Made by a program: the position numbers and the translations under genes. From an uncultured bacterium (lineage in GTDB: Bacteria > Bacteroidota > Rhodothermia > Rhodothermales > UBA10348): DNA of 64,000 nucleotides. The notes beneath the pieces are model-generated. The model did no database searches, was not told the origin of the DNA, and saw nothing but the letters and a program-made list of their open reading frames with translations. The DNA is taken from positions 4,837 through 68,836 of the forward strand of contig CALIKL010000023.1 of assembly GCA_938018055.1 (NCBI GenBank), written 5' to 3'. This document shows positions 29,841-41,800 of the stretch, in pieces; the first letter of the stretch is position 1, and every line of letters begins with the position of its first letter.

Positions 29841-31316
29841 TCAGGAAAGAACGATCTCCTTACGGAGTCGGGCGACCGGAATGCCTTGCTGTTCGCGATA
29901 CTTGGTAACCGTGCGGCGAGCAATGTGGAATCCTTTTTCCTCCAGCATGTTCGCGATGCGCTGATCGGACAGTGGTTTCTTCTTGTCCTCTTCAGAAATG
30001 ATGCGTTCGATGAGGGCTTTAACCTCCTTGTTCGAGACTTCTTCGCCCGAATCCGTAGAGAGTCCTTCAGAAAAGAAATGCTTGAGTTCGTACACACCAA
30101 ACTCGGTTTGAACGTATTTGCCATTTACAACACGGGATATCGTTGAGATGTCCATTTTGATCATCTCGGCGATATCCTTCAGGATCATCGGCTTGAGGCT
30201 TCCTTCGCCTTTACGGAAAAACTCTTCCTGGCGCTCCACGATCGCGTGCATGACCGAAAGCATGGTCTGCCGGCGCTGATTGATGGAGTTGATGAACCAG
30301 CGAGCGGACTCGAATTTCGATTTCAGGAATTGTTGGGTTTCCCCATCGTATGATGCGCGGCCCTTTTTCTTGTCGGCAACTACCTTCTCCAGCATGTTAT
30401 GGTAATGCTTGGAGACGCGAAGTTCGGGGGCATTCCCTGCATTCAGGGTAATGATGAATTCGTCCTCCTCCACGCGTACCGTAAAGTCCGGCGTGATGTA
30501 GTTCTCCGAGGCAGTGAATTCTCCTTCTCCTGGCTTCGGGTTGAGGCGCTGCACCAGTTCGAAGGCGTCTTTCAGCTCATATCCCTCTACTCCGAGTCGA
30601 CGCATGATCTGGTCGAAATGCTTCATGGTGAACGCTTTATAGGCGTGCGTCAACATTTCGATGGCGACGTCGCGGCCCGGGACCTCCTCGGGCAGCATAT
30701 CGAGCTGGACCAGCAAGCATTCGCGGAGGTCGCGGGCCGCAACCCCAACCGGTTCCAGTCGCTGGATGCGGTAGAGCATGGTCTCCACATCGTCCTCCGA
30801 AAGCATGATGCCCTGGTTGAAGGCGACGTCATCGACAATGGATTCCAGTGGACGACGCAAATAACCGTCTTCGTCAATCGATCCGATGATCTGCTCAGCA
30901 ATCAGATCTTCCTGCTCGTTCAGCTGCAGGAAGGAAAGCTGATCCCGAAGCGATTCAACCATACTGCTGACGGATACGAGCGGGGTTTCGCGCTGTTCTT
31001 CTTCAGCGGAATGATCCACTGCGGCTTTGTAACCGTAGAGGTCATCCTCGGTATCGAGGAATTCCTCCCAGTCGTAGTCGTCTTCCGCATGCTCGTCTTC
31101 TGCCTCGAGGACATCATCAAATTGGTCATCCTCGGCCTGCTCGTCGAGCAATTCTTCCAGCTCATCCTCGCCCTCTTCGAGCAGCGGATTGACTTCAAGT
31201 TCCTGCTTGATACGCTGCTCCAATGCAAGCGTGGGCAGCTGCAGCAGTTTGATGTACTGGATCTGCTGGGGCGATAGCCTCTGTTGAAGAGATTGACGTT
31301 GCTGGAGATTGAGCAT
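29841..31316 (-). CDS. rpoN: RNA polymerase sigma-54 factor
   Basis: Gln-rich region I; STISRVVNGKY; RpoN box ARRTVTKYRE. Confidence 0.97.
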   Translation of the reverse strand: MLNLQQRQSLQQRLSPQQIQYIKLLQLPTLALEQRIKQELEVNPLLEEGEDELEELLDEQAEDDQFDDVLEAEDEHAEDDYDWEEFLDTEDDLYGYKAAVDHSAEEEQRETPLVSVSSMVESLRDQLSFLQLNEQEDLIAEQIIGSIDEDGYLRRPLESIVDDVAFNQGIMLSEDDVETMLYRIQRLEPVGVAARDLRECLLVQLDMLPEEVPGRDVAIEMLTHAYKAFTMKHFDQIMRRLGVEGYELKDAFELVQRLNPKPGEGEFTASENYITPDFTVRVEEDEFIITLNAGNAPELRVSKHYHNMLEKVVADKKKGRASYDGETQQFLKSKFESARWFINSINQRRQTMLSVMHAIVERQEEFFRKGEGSLKPMILKDIAEMIKMDISTISRVVNGKYVQTEFGVYELKHFFSEGLSTDSGEEVSNKEVKALIERIISEEDKKKPLSDQRIANMLEEKGFHIARRTVTKYREQQGIPVARLRKEIVLS

Positions 31317-31319
31317 GGA

Positions 31320-31928
31320 TCAGCCTACCTTCTCACGTGGAGTGAGCGGCTTCATCCCGAGAATCTCACGGCGCTCCTTGACCATGATCAGAAACTGAGC
31401 ATACCACTCGGAGCCATATTTTCGGGTCAGCGGGCGCTCCAGCATCTCAGCCAAGCCTACTCCCAGTCGTTTACCATGCGGAATGGCCGGGGCACATATG
31501 TCAATCTGCTCGTAGTTCAAGGCCTCGAACTCTCCCAACTGCTTTATGCGGATGGGATAGAGATGACAGGATATGGGCTTCTCAAAATCGGATTTACCTG
31601 CGAAATAGGCCTCTTGGATGGCGCATTTTGCTACAGGACCGTCGTAGCGAACAAATACGCACTCGGCATCACCGACGCACGTGGTAGCATAGTATCCCGG
31701 TGCTACCTCTTCCCAGACGCCTTCTTTTTCAATCACATCGAGGGCCTCAGGACGCAATCGATGTCGGACGGCATCAAGTGCCTTCTCAACTTCCTTGCGT
31801 TCACGTTCTTCCAATGGTGCACCCGAGGCGCCTTGCACACAGCAAGCGCCTTTGCACGCCGTCAGGTTGCAGCTGAAGACTGCTTCCACGACGTCATCTG
31901 ATATGAGTACATCATCTACTACAAACAT
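31320..31928 (-). CDS. DUF3109 family Cys-rich protein
   Basis: FSCNLTACKGACCVQG..GAPL, ECVF and KPISCHLYPIR motifs. Confidence 0.85.
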   Translation of the reverse strand: MFVVDDVLISDDVVEAVFSCNLTACKGACCVQGASGAPLEERERKEVEKALDAVRHRLRPEALDVIEKEGVWEEVAPGYYATTCVGDAECVFVRYDGPVAKCAIQEAYFAGKSDFEKPISCHLYPIRIKQLGEFEALNYEQIDICAPAIPHGKRLGVGLAEMLERPLTRKYGSEWYAQFLIMVKERREILGMKPLTPREKVG

Positions 31929-32208
31929 GGTGCCGTATTCTATCGCCCATTCCAGCAATAAGCAATATTGACAGTATCGGTGCCTTTCACAGGTCTTAAG
32001 ATTAAATCATTGATATCCGGATAAATCATTGGGAGACTTTCGATTATAAATATCGAAGTCAGATCCTTTTCCTCACGCGGAATTTCGTTCAGTTTTTTTC
32101 CCGAACCCGGACGAAATCGCCGCGTCCAAACGCTACCTTGTTCGCGCGAACGACCCCAGGCCGCCGCTGCCCTGGCCCCCTTGGAAAGCCGGCCACACCC
32201 ATATCTCC

Positions 32209-33237
32209 ATGATTGAACGCTCCGGTGAATTTGCTCCCCGGCCCGCTGGGACGGAAGAGGACTTTGAAAAAGCGCTTCGCCCGAAGTCGCTTGACGATTT
32301 CATTGGCCAGCAGCATATCAAGGACAATTTGCAGGTATTCATGACGGCCGCACAGCGCCGTGGAGAGTGCCTGGACCACGTCTTGCTATCTGGTCCACCC
32401 GGCCTGGGAAAGACGACGTTGGCCTATATCATAGGCGCTGAAATGGGGGCGCAGGTAAAGACGACCGCTGGACCTGTGCTGGATAAACCCGCCTCTATTG
32501 CAGGTTTGCTTACTAACTTGAACGAGGGCGATGTCCTCTTCATCGACGAGATCCATCGTCTGGCCCCGGTAGTTGAGGAGTATCTCTATGCTGCCATGGA
32601 GGACTACCACATCGACATTCTGATCGACTCGGGTCCAAGCGCCAGGAGTGTCAAGATCTCGCTGCCACCGTTCACGCTGGTTGGCGCCACAACGCGGAAG
32701 GGCTTGTTGACCGCCCCTCTCCGAGCTCGTTTTGGCATTGATTTCCGTTACGACTACTACCCGGCCTCTACCCTTTCACGGATTGTCGAGCGATCAGCCG
32801 GCCTGCTGGACGTGGCCTTGACGCCGGATGGCGGTGCAGAGATCGCGCGGCGTTCCCGCGGAACGCCGCGTGTGGCCAATCGTCTTTTGCGCCGAACTCG
32901 AGACTACGCCGAGGTGAAGGGAGATGGGCGCATTACAAGAGAGCTTGCCGATCATGCCCTCAATGCACTGAACGTTGACATCGAAGGCCTTGATGACATG
33001 GACACGAGGATCCTGATGACGCTCATTGAGAAATTCAGTGGCGGTCCCACCGGCTTGGCCAACCTGGCGGTATCGGTGGGCGAGGATTCCGGAACCATAG
33101 AGGAGGTCTATGAGCCTTATCTGATCCAGGAAGGCTACATCGAGCGCACGCCGCGCGGGCGCGTCGCAACAGCTGCTGCGTACAGGCACTTCGGCATTAC
33201 GCCGCCCGGAAAAAGCAAACAGCTGTTCGAAGACTGA
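32209..33237 (+). CDS. ruvB: Holliday junction branch migration helicase RuvB
   Basis: [29 protein letters not shown] and EPYL motifs. Confidence 0.98.
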   Translation: MIERSGEFAPRPAGTEEDFEKALRPKSLDDFIGQQHIKDNLQVFMTAAQRRGECLDHVLLSGPPGLGKTTLAYIIGAEMGAQVKTTAGPVLDKPASIAGLLTNLNEGDVLFIDEIHRLAPVVEEYLYAAMEDYHIDILIDSGPSARSVKISLPPFTLVGATTRKGLLTAPLRARFGIDFRYDYYPASTLSRIVERSAGLLDVALTPDGGAEIARRSRGTPRVANRLLRRTRDYAEVKGDGRITRELADHALNALNVDIEGLDDMDTRILMTLIEKFSGGPTGLANLAVSVGEDSGTIEEVYEPYLIQEGYIERTPRGRVATAAAYRHFGITPPGKSKQLFED

Positions 33238-33239
33238 TC

Positions 33240-34421
33240 TCAGACGACCAGGCTCTGACCATCCACGCTGATACGGCCTGTAACACGATCTCCATCGACC
33301 AGGAGAAGGTCCCGCTGCGTGTTCACAACCACGCAGGCATGATTGGGAATGACGCGCAGACGGTCTCCCACGCTCACATCGACTTCAGCCGTGGCATGCA
33401 CCCAACCATGTTCTTCCGAAAGTCCGTTGATCACGGTTCCTTGCAATGGAGTGGCTGGATCCGAGCTGGAGAGAATCTGTCCGTATCCCTCAGCGCCATA
33501 GGCCCCATCGGACGTCAAAACTTTCTTTCCGGAATCCAGGAAGAAGCGCTGAGAACCATCGGGGTTGTCATGCCGCGAGATAACCGTAGCAAGGACGGTG
33601 AGCGAGCACCGATCCATCGACGCCACTCCCAGGTTGGCCTGGGTCATGTCCAGATACAGGTAGTTTCCCGGGCGGATTTCTGTCACACGGAAGCCGTGCC
33701 GCTCTGCATTCGTGAACGCGCTGATGGAAGGGGTTGAACCGATGCTGATTTCGAGCGAGCCATTCACCGCCGCCTGAACCCCAACTGTACGAAGTGCATC
33801 TGCAAAATCGAGCATGCGATCGCGCTCCTGATCGGATACACGCTTCAACGCGTGCTCGAGGGACTCCCCTTCATGCTGGGGGCCATTGTAGGCATGACCG
33901 GCATGGGTCAGGATGCCGACCACGTTCAACCCCGGCAAGGCATCCACACGGGCAGCAAACGCAGCAGACTCTGGCTGATCCCATCGAACCCCACAGCGGC
34001 CATACCCGATATCGGTCTCGATGAGTACATCAATGGAAGCTCCTCGCGCCTCGAAAAAAGCTGATGCAGCAGAGGCACCCTCCAACGTATCCACGCAAAA
34101 GGATACGCGACAGCCAGATTCGATCAGCAGCAAGGCTCGTTTATACTTTTCCTCGCCCACCAAAGCGTACGCAATACGGATATCATCAAACCCCGCCTTG
34201 GCAAACATCTCGGCTTCGCCCATTTTTGCGACCGTCAGGCCTAGGGCACCCAGGTCTCGCTGTTGCTGGGCGATGGCAATCGATTTATGCGTCTTGGTGT
34301 GCGGCCGCAGTCGAACGCCTTCCCGATCAGCTTGCGCCTGCATGGCTTCGAGATTGGCGGCAAGCCGTGTGGCATCCACCAACACAGCCGGGGTCGGAAT
34401 ATCGGCTACGTAATCCGGCAT
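33240..34421 (-). CDS. D-threonine aldolase / DSD1-like PLP enzyme (alanine racemase fold)
   Basis: TPAVLVD, LRPHTKTHK, HAGH, GSTP, EIRPGNY, SEEHG and PNHAC motifs. Confidence 0.85.
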   Translation of the reverse strand: MPDYVADIPTPAVLVDATRLAANLEAMQAQADREGVRLRPHTKTHKSIAIAQQQRDLGALGLTVAKMGEAEMFAKAGFDDIRIAYALVGEEKYKRALLLIESGCRVSFCVDTLEGASAASAFFEARGASIDVLIETDIGYGRCGVRWDQPESAAFAARVDALPGLNVVGILTHAGHAYNGPQHEGESLEHALKRVSDQERDRMLDFADALRTVGVQAAVNGSLEISIGSTPSISAFTNAERHGFRVTEIRPGNYLYLDMTQANLGVASMDRCSLTVLATVISRHDNPDGSQRFFLDSGKKVLTSDGAYGAEGYGQILSSSDPATPLQGTVINGLSEEHGWVHATAEVDVSVGDRLRVIPNHACVVVNTQRDLLLVDGDRVTGRISVDGQSLVV

Positions 34422-35320
34422 TACTGGATACCCGTTCCTGTCCAGCCCTCGGGCCCTTCGATGCCCAGGTCTCCCAAGGCTATCTGAAGGACATCGGCAT
34501 CGCCGTCCTTGTGCGTGGTATAGAACAGGATTGACCCGTCGCGACTGACCCACGGGCCGTACTCATACTCAGAAGAGTTCACAGCGGAGCCCAGGTTTGC
34601 CGGGCTGCTCCAACCCTCTTCTTCGGCAAACGATATCCAGAGATCATCTCCTCCGAATCCTTCCTCGCCATCCTTACGACTGAAAATCACGTAGCGTAGC
34701 GCCGGATCAACCCAGATATCAGCCTCCGACTGGGCACTGCTGACCGGAGCGCCAACAGGAGTCACCTCGTATCCTTCAATACCCAACTCAGCGCGATAGA
34801 AATCCGCCTGGCCCATTCCTCCTTCGCGATCGGAAGCAAAAAAGATGGATGCATCGCCAGCAATACTGGCGTGAAAGTCGTTTGCGTCGGAATTGATGGA
34901 AGGAATCGGTTCGGGTTCAAGCCATTCGATGCCATCATGCATGGCTATCCAAATGTTGAAGTCATCGGCCTCGGTCTCGCCGGGAAGCGGGCGGTCGGAA
35001 GCGAACAGCATGGCGTCCAATCCCGGATAGAATCGGGCGCCCCGATCATTATATGTACCCGAGAATGGAAGAATAGCGGGCTCAGACCACCCCTCTTCCG
35101 TTTGCTCAACGCCCCATAATGTGTGGCCTGACCAACCCTCTTCGTGGCGACCAAAGACCAACACCGTGCCAGCAGCGTTACGAGTGAACCAGGACTCGCC
35201 AGCGTCTGTCGTAAGAGCATATAGAGGATCTGAAGAAAGGGATTCAGACGGGGTGTCCTGTCCTGGCGTGCAGCCAATGGCCACAAAGGATAGAATCAAA
35301 AGAGAAAAGACAATTCTCAT
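34421..35320 (-). CDS. PD40/TolB-like beta-propeller lipoprotein
   Basis: Lipobox AIGC; repeated FASDR, WSxP.NLG and INS..EY WD40-like motifs. Confidence 0.8.
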   Translation of the reverse strand: MRIVFSLLILSFVAIGCTPGQDTPSESLSSDPLYALTTDAGESWFTRNAAGTVLVFGRHEEGWSGHTLWGVEQTEEGWSEPAILPFSGTYNDRGARFYPGLDAMLFASDRPLPGETEADDFNIWIAMHDGIEWLEPEPIPSINSDANDFHASIAGDASIFFASDREGGMGQADFYRAELGIEGYEVTPVGAPVSSAQSEADIWVDPALRYVIFSRKDGEEGFGGDDLWISFAEEEGWSSPANLGSAVNSSEYEYGPWVSRDGSILFYTTHKDGDADVLQIALGDLGIEGPEGWTGTGIQ

Positions 35321-35400
35321 GAGGGGAAGTTATCACGCTGGTGGAAGAATGCGTCTTACACGACCCAATCCCGTACGGGTTGCCTGTGCAGGTCGGATAC

Positions 35401-35435
35401 AAAAATGCGCGCCCGGCCAAGGGCCGGGCGCGCAT
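35401..35435 (-). terminator. Intrinsic terminator of atpDC
   Basis: 14-bp stem ATGCGCGCCCGGCC/GGCCGGGCGCGCAT followed by a U-run on the minus strand. Confidence 0.85.
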
Positions 35436-35458
35436 CCTTAAAATCACGTCAAACGATT

Positions 35459-35866
35459 CTAGCGGTTCTTACCTACCGACCCCATCGCTACACGAACACG
35501 GTTTCGAGCCCGCTCAAGCGCTGCAGCCATTTCAGCGCGGGCTTTCGGGTCCGCATTGGCCAAGGCATCCGCAGCGCGTTGTTCAGCCGCTTTGGCGCGC
35601 TCGACATCGATGTCGGAGGCCAGCTCGATGGTTTCCGCTACGACACTGACCATGTTGTTCTGTACTTCGACGAAACCGCCGGAAGTAGCGAACGTGATGG
35701 CGCTGCCGGACGAATCGGTCACGACGATTGAACCAATCTCGATGGCAGCGATCATCGGAGCATGGTTTTTGAGAACCTCAAATGATCCCTCTACGCCGGG
35801 TGCTTTGACCCGTGCGGCGTCACCGCTGTACACGCGACCCGATGGCGATACGATTTCTACGACCAT
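35459..35866 (-). CDS. atpC: ATP synthase F1 epsilon subunit
   Basis: EIVSP, G.FEVLKNHAP, SGGFVEV and IDVERA motifs. Confidence 0.95.
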   Translation of the reverse strand: MVVEIVSPSGRVYSGDAARVKAPGVEGSFEVLKNHAPMIAAIEIGSIVVTDSSGSAITFATSGGFVEVQNNMVSVVAETIELASDIDVERAKAAEQRAADALANADPKARAEMAAALERARNRVRVAMGSVGKNR

Positions 35867-35904
35867 GATGCCTGTGGCTAGGTGTGATTCGTGAAGGCGA
35901 TGGC

Positions 35905-37470
<1,566 letters not shown>

Positions 37471-37692
37471 TCACTGGGAGGAGCCAATGGCCAATCCTTA
37501 TGATCTGGCCGTGTGTGCGCCTTCTGGCTTAGAATCAGAAAAATAAGGTTATGCTCCGGTGGATGCCTGTAGACCCGGTGTAACCATCGCAAAGAAACGG
37601 GGAATTTGCCTCTTCAACAGATGTTCATTTTTCTGCGTTTTTCGGCCATCTACGTATATATTGAGCTCCCCTTTCCACGTACCTGCGGATCC

Positions 37693-40227
37693 ATGAAACG
37701 TCTTTACACCCTGATCATCTTGATGGTCTTCATGAGCGGCTCCGTGCAGGCACAGGGCCTGCCCACCATTGCTTCGAAGACGGAATCGCTGGAGGCTCTG
37801 GAGGGTTTCTTTACCCTGTATTGGGATGATGCCGGGGGCAAAGTCTGGTTGGAGATTGATCGCTTCAGGGACGATTTCATCTACCAGGTTTCGCTGGCCG
37901 CGGGTCTGGGATCGAATGATATCGGGCTCGATCGCAACCAATTGGGACCTACCCGAATTGTGCATTTTGAACGTCATGGTCCCAAGGTTCTGCTCAAGGT
38001 CCCTAACCTGGACTACATCGCCTCGTCGGAAAATGCATCTGAACGCCAGTCCGTTGCCGAGGCATTTGCAGCTGGCGTATTGCACGGTTTCGACATTGTC
38101 GCAGAAGAAGACGGTCGTGTCCTGGTGGACGCTACTTCATTCGTCGTTCGCGATGCCCACGGCGCTGCATCAACGCTTCGTCGCAGAGGAGAGGGCACCT
38201 TTCGCGTTGATGGATCCCGGTCCGTGCCCTACCGCGAGAACACCAAAAGCTTCCCCCGAAACACGGAAATGGAGGCGCTACTGACCTTCACATCAGACAG
38301 CCCGGGCGGACAGGTCCGTACGGTGGCTGCTGCTCCCGAAGCCTTTGCCCTGCGTCAGCGCCACTCGTTCATTGCCCTGCCGGATCCTGGATTCGAGCCG
38401 CGCGAACACGATCCGCGAGCGGGATACTTTGGTCCCAGCTTCATGGACTACTCGACACCCATCGGTGAAGACATGCGCGTGCGCTACATCTCGCGCCATC
38501 GTCTGGAGAAGAAGGACCCTTGGGCAGCCGTATCCGAAGCCGTTGAGCCGATTGTCTACTACCTGGACAACGGTACACCCGAACCGGTTCGAACCGCGCT
38601 TCTGGAGGGCGCCCGCTGGTGGAATCAGGCTTTTGAGGCTGCTGGCTATCGCGACGCGTACCGGGTGGAAGTTCTCCCAGAAGGTGCCGACCCGCTGGAC
38701 GTCCGCTACAACATCATCAACTGGGTTCATCGTTCTACCCGAGGGTGGAGCTATGGATCGAGCATCACAGACCCTCGAACGGGAGAGATCATCAAAGGGC
38801 ACGTCCTTCTCGGATCCCTGCGTGTGCGTCAGGACTATTTGCTGGCTGAAGGACTTCTGAATCCCTACGACCCCGTCGCCGGTATTCAGACTTCAGAAAA
38901 CGATCCAATGCTGACTATGGCACTGGCCCGTATCCGCCAGTTGTCCGCCCATGAAGTGGGGCACACGCTCGGCCTTCAACACAACTTCTCGGCCTCGGTC
39001 AACAACCGATCCTCGGTCATGGACTACCCCGCTCCGTTGGCTGAGCTCGATGCCCGTGGGCGGGTGGTACTCAACCAAGCCTACGACTCGGGAATCGGAG
39101 AGTGGGACAAATTCGCTATCCGATACGGTTACTCGGATTTCCCGGATGGTATGGATGAGAAAACAGCGTTGGAGTCCATACTCCGGGAATACATGGATGC
39201 CGGCTGGGAATTCATCACGGACAATGATGCCCGTCCTGCCGGGGGCGCTCATCCAACGGCTCATCTTTGGGACAACGGAGAAAGCGCCGTCGAGGCGCTG
39301 GAACGGGAGATGGCCGTACGTACAGCTGCTCTGGGCAACTTCGGTATTGGCACCATCCGCCCCGGTCGCCCTGCGGCTATGATGGAAGAGGTTCTCGTAC
39401 CGCTCTATCTGCGCCATCGGTATCAACTGGATGCCGTTGCCAAGTTGGTCGGTGGTGTTCGCTATACGTACAACGTTCGGGGTGACGGCCAGGACTACCC
39501 ACAAGCTGTGAATCCACGCGACCAGGTTCGGGCCATGGACGCCATGCTGGATGCCGTGACGCCTGAGCAACTGGCCCTACCTCGTCACATTCGGACCCAG
39601 ATTCCGCCAAGACCTCCTGGATACGGTCAACACCGAGAGCTCTTTGGAGGCGACACGGGCTTGATCTTTGACCCGTATGCCCCGGCAACGATTGTGGCCC
39701 AGCAGGTATTCAGTTTGTTGCTTGAACCATCACGTGCCGCTCGCCTGATGGTACAGCGGGATTTTGACGGTGGCCAGCCGGGTCTACTCGACATGCTAGT
39801 CAGGACGACCAACCATGTATGGCTGGAAGAGGAACCCGACAATCCCTACTCGGCTGAACTCCAGCGAATTACGCAGCAAGTCTGGACAGACCTGTTGATG
39901 GATGCGGCGCACTCCACACGCTACTCCCCTGCCGTACGAGCCCGGCTCACCCTGCACCTCAGGGACATCCATGCCTGGCTGACCAATAATGCCAGCAACT
40001 CCGACGAAGAATCGCAGGCTCATCGGTTGGCGATCCTGGATGATGTAGACCGCTTCCTCTTCCGACCCTTTCAGCCTGAAGAGGATCAGCGCAGCGTGAC
40101 GACACCGCCTGGATCACCGATCGGATCGGGACCGGCTTGGAGCCTGCGCGTTGCGGAGAGAGCTTCGTGGCTGGATGCCTGGGTTGACGCTACGACGCTA
40201 TGTCGTTTCGACGGTGAATGGGAGTAG
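37693..40227 (+). CDS. Exported zinc-dependent metalloprotease (DUF5117/DUF4953, EcxA-like)
   Basis: Signal peptide; DPRAGYF, WNQAFEAAG, DPRTGEIIKG, HEVGHTLGLQHNF and SVMDY Met-turn motifs. Confidence 0.88.
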   Translation: MKRLYTLIILMVFMSGSVQAQGLPTIASKTESLEALEGFFTLYWDDAGGKVWLEIDRFRDDFIYQVSLAAGLGSNDIGLDRNQLGPTRIVHFERHGPKVLLKVPNLDYIASSENASERQSVAEAFAAGVLHGFDIVAEEDGRVLVDATSFVVRDAHGAASTLRRRGEGTFRVDGSRSVPYRENTKSFPRNTEMEALLTFTSDSPGGQVRTVAAAPEAFALRQRHSFIALPDPGFEPREHDPRAGYFGPSFMDYSTPIGEDMRVRYISRHRLEKKDPWAAVSEAVEPIVYYLDNGTPEPVRTALLEGARWWNQAFEAAGYRDAYRVEVLPEGADPLDVRYNIINWVHRSTRGWSYGSSITDPRTGEIIKGHVLLGSLRVRQDYLLAEGLLNPYDPVAGIQTSENDPMLTMALARIRQLSAHEVGHTLGLQHNFSASVNNRSSVMDYPAPLAELDARGRVVLNQAYDSGIGEWDKFAIRYGYSDFPDGMDEKTALESILREYMDAGWEFITDNDARPAGGAHPTAHLWDNGESAVEALEREMAVRTAALGNFGIGTIRPGRPAAMMEEVLVPLYLRHRYQLDAVAKLVGGVRYTYNVRGDGQDYPQAVNPRDQVRAMDAMLDAVTPEQLALPRHIRTQIPPRPPGYGQHRELFGGDTGLIFDPYAPATIVAQQVFSLLLEPSRAARLMVQRDFDGGQPGLLDMLVRTTNHVWLEEEPDNPYSAELQRITQQVWTDLLMDAAHSTRYSPAVRARLTLHLRDIHAWLTNNASNSDEESQAHRLAILDDVDRFLFRPFQPEEDQRSVTTPPGSPIGSGPAWSLRVAERASWLDAWVDATTLCRFDGEWE

Positions 40228-40287
40228 CAAAGACCACATAAAACCATGTGATGGTCCTGCGGTTGATCCCGCTCTCCTCGAATCGTC

Positions 40288-41151
40288 TTATTGAGGAGGA
40301 GCGATCCAGGTGTATTGATACAGTCCGACGCTTCCGAAAAAGCCATAGCCATCGACCACGTTGGACATGACCCCGGGCTGCGCAAGGATTTCTGGGTCGA
40401 AGACACCCCCTGGAGGATCCCAATTCGAATCGAGCGCCCGAATTTGCAGCGTGATGGCGTGCAACAGTGGCAGCGGGTCTGCCGGCCCCAGATTCAAAAA
40501 TGAACGCATCAACGGCGCATCCCTCTGCATGTCCACATCAAATGCCCACCCACCGTCAGCCGTGCGTGATCCGACTCGGCCGTAGGGTACCTCCACATTC
40601 AAACCCTGCAAATCGTAAAACAGGGTCATATCCCATGGTGAGGCGATATCCGGCAGAATAACGCGAGCTGAGAAGCTGGAATCGGGACTGGCTTCGTATG
40701 GGAAAAACAGCCTGTCCGGGTTTGGAATCGTGGTAGGAAAGCGAGGGACGGTTGTTTCAGCCGTCGTCATCTTGCCATCGGAGCGAAGGATTTCCAATCG
40801 ATAGGTCCGGCCCTGGCGAGCGAGGAATCGGCCTGTAAAAATATGCCCATAGGATCCATCGGAGAGCTGCCTCAACTGATGGGTCCAGCGCGTCGTTTCC
40901 CCGGAGGTCAGATCTGTCGTAGTGACCTGCGCATCAAAATTCCGGGTATCGGGTCGATCCGCGAGGATCTCTTCTGCAAATCGGGTGACTTGGATCACTC
41001 GGAGATGATGCACTGTTTCTGAGGCATCGATGAATCCGTACAGCGAATAATACCGGCCGTCATTCTCGAAAGGATCGAGAAAGGTGTCGCTGCATGACGT
41101 CAGCGACAGCAGCCCGAAGGCGATCAAAGGCATGAGGAAGCGAGAGCGCAT
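40288..41151 (-). CDS. Lipoprotein, DUF4249-like
   Basis: Lipobox LTSC; C-terminal SNVVDGYGFFGS motif. Confidence 0.65.
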   Translation of the reverse strand: MRSRFLMPLIAFGLLSLTSCSDTFLDPFENDGRYYSLYGFIDASETVHHLRVIQVTRFAEEILADRPDTRNFDAQVTTTDLTSGETTRWTHQLRQLSDGSYGHIFTGRFLARQGRTYRLEILRSDGKMTTAETTVPRFPTTIPNPDRLFFPYEASPDSSFSARVILPDIASPWDMTLFYDLQGLNVEVPYGRVGSRTADGGWAFDVDMQRDAPLMRSFLNLGPADPLPLLHAITLQIRALDSNWDPPGGVFDPEILAQPGVMSNVVDGYGFFGSVGLYQYTWIAPPQ

Positions 41152-41206
41152 GGGGGTACAGGGTCCGATATTCAGGTACGAAATGCAAGACTGATTGCCG
41201 CACCCA

Positions 41207-41587
41207 TCAGTCGGCAGCCTCGGCAATGCACTCGATTTCAACGAGCGCTCCCAGCGGATTTTGTTTGACGGCAATCGTAGTTCGGGCCGGACGATGACCT
41301 TCAAAAATGTTGCCGTAGACCTCGTTCATACCCGCGAAATCATCCATGCTTTGCAAATAGACCGTGGTCTTGATCACGTCCACGAGTCCCAGCCCCAATC
41401 CATTCAACACCGTGGAAATGTTGAACAGTACGAGCCCCGTCTGCTCTTCGATGGTTTCCCCCATGATCTGCATGGTCTTCGCATCCAACGGGGTCTGTCC
41501 GGACAGAAAGTAAAATGGGCCACTTCGTACGGCATGACAATAGGGTCCAATGGCTTCGGGGGCTCCGTCAACAAACAGGGTCTGCAT
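41207..41587 (-). CDS. ridA: RidA/YjgF family reactive-intermediate deaminase
   Basis: APEAIGPY, SGQ, KTTVYL, PARTT and VEIE motifs. Confidence 0.88.
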   Translation of the reverse strand: MQTLFVDGAPEAIGPYCHAVRSGPFYFLSGQTPLDAKTMQIMGETIEEQTGLVLFNISTVLNGLGLGLVDVIKTTVYLQSMDDFAGMNEVYGNIFEGHRPARTTIAVKQNPLGALVEIECIAEAAD

Positions 41588-41696
41588 GGTTTTCCTCGAT
41601 CAGGATTGGAAGCGGGATGGTACCAGTTTAGGGATGGCAGGCGAGTGGGACAATGAGCTCGTGATTGGCCTGATGACGTGAAGTCACCCGTTTGGT

Positions 41697-41738
41697 CAAA
41701 ACATGGCCGCCCCGTATGAACAGGTCATACGGGGCGGC
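41697..41738 (-). terminator. Probable terminator downstream of the DUF305-LVIVD genes
   Basis: 14-bp perfect stem GCCGCCCCGTATGA/TCATACGGGGCGGC at 41706-41738; CATGTTTT follows on the minus strand. Confidence 0.7.
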
Positions 41739-41800
41739 GGAGTCCAATGCGCATTCACTCGATCACGAGCTGGCGCAAAGCGTGATTGCGAGAGGATACG

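Noticed and set aside
31971-31985. Possible sigma-54 -24/-12 site (AGGCACCGATACTGT, minus strand) upstream of DUF3109-rpoN
   Set aside because: It lacks the conserved GC at -12; too weak to call.
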